Shown one piece after another: positions 18,761-29,500 of a stretch of 39,745 nt of DNA. This stretch comes from Trichomonas gallinae (Eukaryota): positions 1-39,745 of the forward strand of contig MRSU01000065.1 of assembly GCA_008369845.1 (NCBI GenBank), given 5' to 3'. The notes under the pieces are model-generated. The model was not told where the DNA came from and ran no database searches. It saw nothing but the letters and a program-made list of their open reading frames with translations. How positions within the stretch are numbered: the stretch's first letter is position 1; each line of letters begins with the position of its first letter. The translations under genes and the position numbers were made by a program.

Positions 18761-19849
18761 TTATTTAGCGTGAACAAGCTTCATTAGTTGTTCATCTTCT
18801 TTCCAAACATTAATTAACAATTCGAGGAACTTGACATCGCGAACACCAAGTCTTAAAGCTGTCGGGCATCCGTAATCATCGCAATGTCTGACTGGAAGAC
18901 CGTGATCGAAAGCAACCTGTGTAGCTTTTTCAGCAGCTTCCTTGGAGTGTAAGTCAACATAGACATAAGGAACCCATGATGGCGCATTTTCATAGACTTC
19001 GCCTCCGAATTCCTTCAAAAGCTTGCGCATTTCTTCGTTCCACTTTGGTGTGATATCCCACATTCCCTGGAAATATGTTGTATCGTGGATGGCAGACACG
19101 AAGAAGGCCTGGGCGAAGCCATTGACTGTCCAAGGTGCCTGAATTTTGGCAATTCTGTTGATCATGTTCTCTGTCGATATAACTGTGCCTAAGCGGAGGA
19201 GTGGGCACGCAAGAACTTTAGTCCATGACGTTAAAATAATGATTCTATCTCCGAATTCTGGGATAAGTTTGATTGCTGAATGCTCCATCCAGTCTGGGCC
19301 ATGGCACATGACGAATGACTCATCAATAATGAATGTAGACTTGGAATCACGTGCAATGATTTCTCTCATCTGATCAATATCGATGAATTCGCCATTTACG
19401 GAGTTGGGGTTGACAACAATTGTGACTGCAGCATCTACATTGTTAACATCTGTCTGTACTTGTCCGGCATTTGTAAATGCGCGCTTGAACTCCAAATATT
19501 GGACTGTTGTTGGATATGGGCGCCATGTTGTACCTGGCTCCCAGATGCGAGACAAAATGTCGATAAACTCAGACGCACCGTTGCCTACACGAATCTGGAA
19601 AGGAGAGATTCCGAAAACATCAGCGACATGGCATCTTGGCACCCACGCGTCCTGATCTGGGTAGTGCTCAATGTCAGAGAAAACGGACTTGGCAGCTTCA
19701 ATGGCGTGTGTTGGCGGACCAGTGACATTTGTTGTGACAGAGAAGTCGCACTTGAAGTCCGGGCAGTACCTGAATGACTGGCCGCCGTGGTAGCACTGCA
19801 CTGGCGGACGTGGATACTTGGTAAGAGGATCAATGCCGTCACCAAACAT
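18761..19849 (-). CDS. PLP-dependent fold-type I enzyme, CobD/HisC-like (threonine-phosphate decarboxylase / histidinol-phosphate aminotransferase family)
   Basis: HGG..DFS.TTN..G, HYPD, VGNGASEFI, VNPN...G, IIDESF, PLP lysine in SWTK followed by LRLG, PWTVNGFAQ and LRLGV. Confidence 0.85.
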   Translation of the reverse strand: MFGDGIDPLTKYPRPPVQCYHGGQSFRYCPDFKCDFSVTTNVTGPPTHAIEAAKSVFSDIEHYPDQDAWVPRCHVADVFGISPFQIRVGNGASEFIDILSRIWEPGTTWRPYPTTVQYLEFKRAFTNAGQVQTDVNNVDAAVTIVVNPNSVNGEFIDIDQMREIIARDSKSTFIIDESFVMCHGPDWMEHSAIKLIPEFGDRIIILTSWTKVLACPLLRLGTVISTENMINRIAKIQAPWTVNGFAQAFFVSAIHDTTYFQGMWDITPKWNEEMRKLLKEFGGEVYENAPSWVPYVYVDLHSKEAAEKATQVAFDHGLPVRHCDDYGCPTALRLGVRDVKFLELLINVWKEDEQLMKLVHAK

Positions 19850-19910
19850 TTTTTTTTTTTTTTGAATCCGTTTCTGGTCTCAAAGTATTTTACTATTCTT
19901 CTCAAATTAG

Positions 19911-20030
19911 TGTCACGTTTCGATCGGAATTGTCACGTTTAATTCAATTTATGTCACTTTTCGTTCGGAAAATATTTTTTCTGAGGAATTGTCAGGTTTC
20001 GTTCGGGATGTCATTTTTTAATTCCGGAAT
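19911..20030 (-). promoter_or_regulatory. Five ~20 bp degenerate repeats upstream of the PLP enzyme gene
   Basis: Units start with TGTCA at 19911, 19931, 19952, 19990 and 20009. Three carry TTTCG(A/T)TCGG. One reads AAAGTGAC on the coding strand, the reported trichomonad upstream motif M2. Confidence 0.65.
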
Positions 20031-20514
20031 TATAAAAACTGTCTTTGGGAAAGCCCAAGCATCAATTTAACATCCATACAACGCAAATAGTATAATATTG
20101 CAATTCAGCATCTTCTTTAGTAATGAAATTCTCAATTCAAAATATATTATTATACTTTAGATTAACAATAGACATGCATTTGAAAAAGAATGATTTATTT
20201 TGTGATGTATATTTCTTTCACTAGAGTAATTCACTTAAGTTGTCTGATATAATATTGTGTTACAAAAGCCAAAAGTTTATGCCACAAATTTGACATGTAT
20301 CTTTGATGATAAAAATGAATTTAAATCTAAGTTTTCAAACTGGTTAGGTTTTATACTTTTGTAGGTAATTTATCTATTTTGAGATTCTTTGTGGAATTTG
20401 TTTCCAAATATGAAAGGTCTTTTTAATACACATTAATGATTGAAAAATAAAAAAGTATCATGATTTTTTTAGTAAAATAAAATCGAATGTTTTAGTAAAT
20501 GAGCAGAAATAAGA

Positions 20515-23500
20515 TTATCCGAGTTTTGCAAGGTCTTTTTCATACTTTTCGAGAAGAGTTCTTGCGCGGATGACTTTCGCTTCGAGTTCAAGTCTCTTGA
20601 GAAGGTTGGACTTGACTGCGTGTGAAGTTGCTCCGCCAGATGGATTCTGGCCTGTCTTTGGTGCTGATTTTCGCTTTGCTGTGGCTTCTGTTGTTGCAGC
20701 GAGATTTTGTGTAACTTCGCACAGCTGAGCAATGGCTTCAGCAAGTTTCGTTGCTTCAAGGCTTAATGTCTTGATCTGTGAAAGTTCTTTGCCTGATTTA
20801 GCAACTTTAGACAAAACAGGAGCAATTGTTGCTTCTGGTATTGCTGGTTTCTGTTGAATAATAGTTCTGGATGCTTGAATGGCTTCATTGAGTGCCTCAA
20901 GAAGAGTCATTGACTTCTCTGCGAGTTTATCAACGTTTTCTACAACATTGAGTTTTCCGCATGCGAGAATCAATAACTTCTGCGTAGCACTTGTTATACT
21001 TGTGCAAGGCTCGTTGATTGTTGTCCTTGAGAGTTCTGAGAATCTTGTGACTAGCTGGTCTTTGATTTCGGCGATCATTGCTTCGAACTCATGCTTAACA
21101 TTTCCTAATCCAGAAACAGCTGGATGGAGTTTCTGGCGAATTGCACTGAGTTCGTCGTTCGCAGATGCTGCCTGTTCGTTCGCTTCACTCGATGCTGAAA
21201 TAATTCCGTTGATGAGTTCAAAGACTTTCTCTGAATATGCCTTGGAAACACCATCGAAATCGCCTCTGAGGAGGAACCTGTCTTTAAGTGAATTCATTAA
21301 TTGCGCAAAATTAACTGTTAAAGCACCTGCAGCATCGGCTAAATAGGACTGATGTGAGATAGAGAAGCATGTTGCAGAGCAAGCTAAGACACGTGTAATC
21401 ATGTCCTGCATCTGCTGCATGTATGGTGTGAAGGATTGGACTATGTACTGATTCGTTGCCTGTGGATGGTTGACGATTTGGAAGAAAATCGTGTTCTTTT
21501 CGTTGAATTGTGCGATTGAGTTCTGCAGTTCGTTGTAGCAGACGCTGATGTCTGTGGAAGAAACATCAGGAACTGGTGGAATGTCGAATGATTTAGGAAG
21601 CATGTCGGCGCTTTCAATGTCGGGTGTTCTTGGAACAACATCTGTTAATGTGTTCATCTTGTTGAGAACTTTGAGAGTTTTATCGACAACTGACACGAAA
21701 GCAGCTGCTGTGATATCAACAGTAGACTTCACGTTGTATGCTTCTTTCTGGAAACCTAGAATTGCTTCAGATAGTTCGTTAATTGCATCACTAAAATCAA
21801 CTTCAGCCTGCTTGTTTGTATTGATTTCTTTGATTGCTTTGACATTTGCAGTGATTTGCGGCAAAAGTTTGTCGAAGTTTGCTTTCTCACTCGACAAAAT
21901 CGATAAAGTAACATCAGGAATCTTGCTGGATGTAATAGTGGCGAGTGTTGATGACAGTGTGTTGATTGTGTTGGACACTGATTGAATAAATGTGCACTTG
22001 GCATTTTCCCATGGTGTCTTTTGTTCTTCGTCGTTGTGTGATTCTTGCAGCATCGATGACATAGAATCAATGATTCTGTTGTATGACCTTGTTGCTCGCT
22101 TGATCATTGTCGATGAAACAGCTCTCATCTTAGTGATGTCGATGATGTTTCTTGTTGCTGTTGTACTGTTGTATATCATTGTGATATAATCAGTGGCAAT
22201 TGATGTTGACATTGTCTGGTTGGAGACAGAGAAGCCTCTGTACATGGCTGACTGGCAGCTTGCGAAGTTCTTGATGATTAAATTGATGCAGTCCTGTTGC
22301 TTGTCTTTGTTTCGTGCTTGAATAGCTTCGATTAATCTTGTTGATGCATCATCGATTTCAGTCTTCGCTGCGTTGAAGTATAAATCAACTGCTTTAGTAT
22401 CAGCGAGTTCTCCGACTTGCACGAAAACGTTTGGTGTTTCTCTCTTCAAAATCTGGATGGAGTTGGCCTTAATTGTTTGCAGAACTTGCGAAAGTTGCTG
22501 GTCAGCAGATGCATCTGCGATATAATACTTTTGGACTGCTTTGTCAATCTGAACGATTTGGTCGATGATTGGATCCAAGTCTGCTGCTTGTTCGTTCAAT
22601 GTCATTCTCTTGACTTTCATCGCTGAGAAGTCGATGAGCTCTCTCGAGATTATTTCGAGGTCATTAGTGTCAATTGCTTTGACAAGTTTCTCGAAGCTCT
22701 TGATTGGCTCAGTTTTCGCGCTCTGAACATTAACAAGTGCAGCATCGAAGTTCTTCAGTGCCTGGAATAAAACAGTGCACATCTGCCTGAATCTTTGAGC
22801 TGATTGTGTGTTTGATAAATCAGTAGAAACTGTGATGATTTCGTTGACTACTTGCAACAACTGTGCTGGATCAGTGACAAGCATTGCTCTGACTTTCTGG
22901 TCAGTAACAAGTGTCAAGTTTCTCGCGAGTGATGCAATGAGTTTCGGTGAAAGCTTGGAGAGTTCCATGACAAGTTGATCTATTTCCTGAGAATATTTCG
23001 TCTTCATAAGCTTCTCGACAAGTTGAATTGCTTCTGTATTTGTCTTTGCAAAGATGTTCTTGCACTCTGAGATAGGAAGGTGAGAGAACTGCGACAAAAT
23101 CGGGATAACATCGCTGGCTGTTTGTGCTGCATTCGCGACACTGTTGAGCTCTGATCTGTAGTTCTTTGTTGCCAAAGGTGCAGCTGAAACTGTTGCAACG
23201 TCGATGTTAAGATTTGTATTGAGAATTGAGTCAAGGCCTGCAATATTGGAGAATGTCGTGACAACAGGTGTAGATGGCTTGGTGATCTGAATAAGATTAT
23301 TGAGAACAGCGAGCTTCTTAACGATCTTGTCGTTGCTTGATTCGCGGGTTATTGTCTTAACAGCTGCTGGCGCTGAATTTGTTGATACTAACAATTTCAT
23401 TTCTCCCTGGTATTCTTTGATTTCGTCTGTTGATATGTCGAGAGATTGAGCTTGTGGCTTCCCTGCGATTGCTGAAATAGCTTGAATGATCTGCGGGTTG

Positions 23501-26500
23501 CTAGCAATCAAATCACGTTGAATTGCAGACATCTTTGTTCTAAGTTGAAGTCTCTGCAGATTCTCCTTAGATGCTGTTGAGATTGCGTCGACTGTTGTAA
23601 TTGATGGAGCTGCAATTTGAGCAAGCTGTGCTGGATTTTGCTGCAGCAAAGCTCGCTGGAATCCGATGAGTTTTCCGCTGATTTGTGTCGCGTTGTTTAC
23701 AGTGAGTGCTGTCATCTGTGATGCCTGGTTGAGTTGTGCTGTCTTGCTGAAGTCAACATCTTTGCATGAGGCAGCCATGTATTGAGGAGAAGCAGCCGCC
23801 ATAGAAAGATGCTGAAGAAGCAAAGTTTGAGCTGCTTGTGATTCTTTGTCTTCTTGTTTCACTTGCTGCTTGACTTGATCTGGATTGATACTGATCTGAT
23901 ATAGCTGCTGATAAGTTTGCTGCTGGAGCTGTGCGAGTTTATCAGGATTAAGCTGGATGTTCTTGATCGCATTAGTTTTGTCTGTTTGAGAAACTTCAGC
24001 GATTTCTGTTCTGATCTTGAGTAAGTCAGCGATGTTCGAGCAGAGCTGTGCTTGTGCGAGATCCTTCATGGAGTCAGCAAGTTCAGCATCGACTTTCTGA
24101 GCGTCAGGGACGAGCTTCTTCGCATCGACCTTGCGCTTAGTCTGCTGAATCAAAAGTGATTTGTCGAAGATTCTTGACTCCATAGACTTAGATTTGACAG
24201 TGTTCACTACATTGTCTAAGTCTTTCATCTTGATCATCTGCGTCGACATCAATGAGAAGATGACAACCAAGTCATCAACTTTGACATCGCTGACAGCATC
24301 AGCCAATGATGTGAATCCTTCACGAGTTGAATGCTGCAAAGCAAGCATTTTATCTTTGGCGTCTGTTAGCTTCTGCTCGTTTAAGTTTGCCTGCAAGATT
24401 TGGTTCGCTTGTCCACTCGTCAACATCTGATCGATGTTTGGAACTTTCTGGCGGATGACTTGGAGAACGTTGCCCATCTCGAGAGTCTGCTGGCAAGTAT
24501 TGAGAAGCTGCTGATGCTGGTGGAAGAATTCTACAGTTTTCTCGTTGTTGACTTTAACGAGATGCAATTGCTCTGGGTCATCAGCGAGTTTATCAGAGAC
24601 AGATTCATGGACTTTGTCAAGTAAAGCAGCTGTTGTATTCTTCAATGCAGACAAATCGTATTTGATGTCAGAACTCTTGGATGTCGCCAATGTTGCTGCG
24701 AGATTAGATATAACTGCCTGCTGATTCTCTAAATCTTCAATTCTTAATTGCGGAATTGCCATAGCAAACTCTTGTGGATGATTGATGTACTCGAGCTGCT
24801 GTGTAATCATCTGCGTGTAAGTGTCAACAAGTTCTCTGTCGACCGGCTGAGAAACATCAATGGCAGAAATCTTCTGCTGGAGCTGTGGGAGACAGTTCGT
24901 GTGGAACTGTTGTATTGCAACAAGAGATTGTGCGAGATTGAATCTCTGTAAAGCATCAACTACGAAGTCTTGTGCTTTGAGTGCTGTTTCTGTTTGAATT
25001 AAAGCATTCATCTTTGAAACGGATTCGTTTGTCTTTATCGTTTCGATGATCTTGTTGTTCGTTGATTTGAGCAAACCAATAGGCGTTGTTTCGACTGATG
25101 TATCAGCAATCATGTTATATACATCATCAGACGCTAAAACATTAAGTGAAGCATCAATCATTCTCATTGTCGTAACCATGTCTTCGGGTGAAGTGTTATG
25201 GATAACAACATCGAGTTGTTCCGGTCTGTCAGCGATGTTTACGAGTTGAATAAGTTTCTGCTGAACATCGACAAGCTTTGTTGGCGCAATTGGTGCTTTG
25301 AGGAGCTGCTGTCCTTCTGGAGACCTGACGTATTTGCACAATTCAGGGACTTTAGCAACAACAAGTTGCTGCAATGCTTGAAGTGTTTCGACAAGATTGA
25401 CTGCTGAGAAGCCTCTTTGTACTGATCTGTTGACATCTTCAACTGTCTTTAATTTGATTTCTTGTGTTGTCTGAGCGTTTGCAACAGCTTCGAGCAACTC
25501 TGTCTGCTTCATCTGGAATGTTTGAGCTGCTTCAGTGATATTTGTGTCTACTTGCTTTTCAAGAATGTTTTCTGTCATCAACTTCAAAGCGTGCTGCTGG
25601 ACAATGATTTCATCTGGTGTGAGTCTTGCGATTGTCTTCTTCAGTTCAATTGGATCGTTGAGAAGCTGAGACTGTTGCTGTATTGACATCATCGCGTTCG
25701 TTATTGCGTCTTCGTTGAGCTTGGCATCGATTGGCTTATCTAGCATTTTAACGATATCTGGGAATTCATCAAGCTGCTTCTGTCTGAGTCCTTCGATTCT
25801 CTGTGCGAGCATTACACCAAGATTAGACTCAACAAGCTTTCCTTGCTGTTGTACAGGAACAGAAGAAGTAACAACAGTTCCTAGTTGCGTAGTTTCAGCG
25901 ATGTTGTTCATGATTGTTGGAACTTCAGCTGTTGTGATTGAAATGATTGGATTAAGCGCAACTGATATTGTTGATGTGTTCTCTGTGGTTTGTTTAGCAA
26001 TGAGTTCTGGTGTAGAAGCCTTTGTTTGGATTATTGTTGGCTTGGCTGTCTTCTGCAGTGTGTCAAGTTTCGTTCTGTATTGGTTGAGAACAACTGTTGC
26101 ACTCTTTGCGACATTGAGACATGAAGCATCAGCAATTGCCGGCAAATAGATTTCAGCATTGACTAGTTTAACAGCTGTTGCATTTTCATTGAATTCTGTG
26201 ATTGGAACAACCATTGTTATCTCTGTCTTAAGAGCTTCTGCGCAGTTCTTGATCACATTTACTGATTCTTTGACCTTCTCGAAATCTTTTGCATCGTTAG
26301 AAATTTCGAATGACTTTTGGGCTTTGACGCAGTTCTGGATGATTGGTTCAATCCTTGATACATCAATTCCAGCTGCTTTGGCGCGAAGTGTTGCTATCTG
26401 CAATGACTGAGAAAGTGCCAAAACATCTGACATGTTCTGATCAAGTGAAACCAATGAGTCAGCAATGTCTTCGATTTGAACAGCAGAACCACGAATTGCG

Positions 26501-29500
26501 TTTCTCAGCTCTTGCTTGCCTGTGAGTGGAATTGGTGTCTTCCATGTATTGATTAGCGGTTGTATTGGTGTGATTGTCTTCAATGCAGCAGCAATCTCTT
26601 CCTTGTAGTTGTTAGGCATGGTTGTGAGTGTTGGAACAACAGTCTTAGTGAATGCTTCGTAAAGATTAGAGAACTGGTTGAGTTCCGATGGACCAATTGC
26701 AATTGATCTGTTTGCGTTCTTCAATAAAGCGTATGTCTGTCTTACGAATGATTTAACAGCTGGTGATGATGCTCCTGGGTTCTGAATAATGGAATTGTCG
26801 CATGCTGTAACAATTCTATCTAACTGGCTCAACAACATCTCGCCGAGACACATGTCGAATTGATGAAGTGTCGAAATAAGCTTGGTGTTGGACTCAGCGA
26901 CAGGATAAACGATGTCCTTGACTTGCTCGTTGTTCTTGAGTGTGTCAAGGAGAAGAGAAACAGCTTGTGATGCATCATTGAGTGAATCCCGGTTGACCAT
27001 TGCTGACGCGAATGATTTAGTCTGCATCAATAATTTAGCATCAGACTCTTTGACACTTGACTGAGCAACAGAATCATAATATTTGGTCTCATTGCTGAAC
27101 TTATCAGGAGACTGCGTGATTTTGTCGTGAAGAACTTTGATTGTGTTCTGAAGTTCAATGACTTGCTGTGCTGCATTAACTGCTGCTGCAGTTGCAACAT
27201 CACTTAAGAGATGGTTCCTCATTTCATAGTCTGTTTCGCATTGTGAGATTAATCTTACAACATCAACTAAAGCGCGAGTGTTACCTTCCTTGATATGTGG
27301 TGTATAGATGTTAACTGACTTGAGGACGTGGTTAGGAAGAGCATCCTTGTGATCATTGATTGCATTGAGATCTTCAACGATAGAAGCAATATATTCTTGT
27401 GGCAATTCTTTTTCGCCGCCTTCCATGATTAAGTCGCATGACTCTTTGATTGCACTTATGATATTGTTCTGCGCCATGACTGGTTCCTTTAAGATGAGCT
27501 GGTATGATTTTGGTTTACGAGTTTTAGGAAGGGAAGTGAAAACTTCTGAAACAAGTGCAACATTTTGTGTTGCTTCTTCAAGTTGATCGAAGTTTGAATC
27601 ATAAAGCGTTGGCAATAATGCACATGTTGCACTGTACAAATCATCGCAGACGATCTGTGCTTGGCGTGGCTTGAGTGTTGGCAAGTCTTTCATTACATTA
27701 GATGCAGTGATAATCAAATTATCGAACTGAGACTTGAGCTGTGGATTTTCGGCGACTTCTGGTGCTTGTGCAGCGGCCGTCAATTGAGCGACAAATTTCT
27801 GAAGCTGAGGATGAGCGTGCTGAATGAATTTAGTTGCTGTGGCTTTGTTCATGTGTGGGACAGAGATGATCTTAGCAATTGTACCTGATGAGTCATTGAA
27901 CGTCTTAAGCAAGTCGGTAAATTGTGATGAGTCAACCATTGGCTCAATTAACTCTGCATTTGATATAAGTTTCGGCATTTCATTCTTGATAGAGTTGAGC
28001 TGCTGTATTAAGACTTTCTCATCTTGTGCATTAAGTCTGTCTGTTGAGAATGCCTGCATGTTCTGTCTGATCTGAGAAACCAAAGCCTTTGCACTTGGAC
28101 TCTGATCAATTTGTCCGCATGATTCGATTTGGTTGAGAACGTTGTTGATCATTGCTGCTTGTTGTTGAACGACGACGATTGTTTCTTCGATATCATCATC
28201 TTCTTTGATAACTGGAACATTTTCGACCATGATTTCGACTTTCTTCGCTGTTGGAATGTTTCTGACAGCGGAAACGAAAACATTTGTCTTGTTCATAACT
28301 TCACTTATGTTGTTGTTCAGTTCAGAAACAAGAGAAAGATCTATTGCCTTCCTGACATTTATTGGGACCAAGTTGACTTTCTTCTGGAGCTGTATAAGTG
28401 TCTCTTTATCAAGCTTAGCCTGCTTGAGAGAGAACTGTGGACTCTGTAAGTGAGCATTGACTCTTTCGATTGTTGCGTTGATGGAATTCGTCCAATCATT
28501 GAGTGTCCTGTTGACGATTTCGTTGTTTGGATTTTCTGCGACAGAGTTTTGTACTTCGACGATCTTCTGCGAGAAATTGCCAAGAGATTGAGAAACTTCG
28601 GCAAGCTTAGCTTTGATAATTTCTGGAGAAACTTCAGGCTCAATGATTTCTTCAGCTTTAGGTCTCTCAGATTCTTCTTGGATAACAACTGGCTGAACGC
28701 CAGCTATCATCTGCAACCCGTATGGAACGAGCTGGTCAGCATTCTCGTTTGCCATGAATGATGGAACAGTGATAGCAATTTGCTGGAACTTCTGAGCGAG
28801 ACGGTTGATCTGGATGACAAATTCGTAGACTTCATCAGTGAGATTTTCACCCATTTCCTTAAGTGAGACTAAAACACTTGACATGTAATCATAGAGTCTG
28901 ACAGCGTCCTTGCGCAAATCATCGTTGTCTTCGACTTCAGGGAGAGTAATGTAATACTGGACAATCTGAGCGAGATGAGTGACGCAGTCGATGACAGCCT
29001 GGATCTGTTCAGGCGTTGGCTTAGCGAACTGCATCTTGTTTTGTCCTACCATGCTCTTCTTCTCTTCAAGCTTGGCGCTCGATGTCTGCTTCTGCGCAAG
29101 AGTGAGCGAGTCTTGTAATTGAGAAGTGATTTCTTCGTTGATTGTTGCGATCTTGACATTGTTCGTGACATCAACAATTCTCTTCGACAGGACTTGGATC
29201 TCGTTCATTGATTCGATTGCTTCCCTAACAATGTCGCATGCACATTTGACGACTTCATCGTTATATGGATCTTCAATTAATTCGTTTCTCCTATCGACCA
29301 TCTCTAAGTAAATCTTCTTGGCTTTAGCGAGTGTTGACATCGCACGATCGTTGAGTGTAGCATCCTGTTTGACACTATCTGAAGATGATGTTGTGACCAA
29401 TTCACTGATGAGATCTTGGAATGAATTCATAGACTCCTGGAATTTGAGAATGTAAGGAATGTTGGAGATGTTCTCTGACGGTTTCTCAGTGATAGCTTTA

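Noticed and set aside
18990..19905. Several overlapping ORFs over the PLP enzyme gene
   Set aside because: They are alternative-frame or antisense by-products of a GC-richer real gene.
20045..20058. Small hairpin TTGGG-AAAG-CCCAA
   Set aside because: A 5 bp stem is expected by chance and nothing else supports it.
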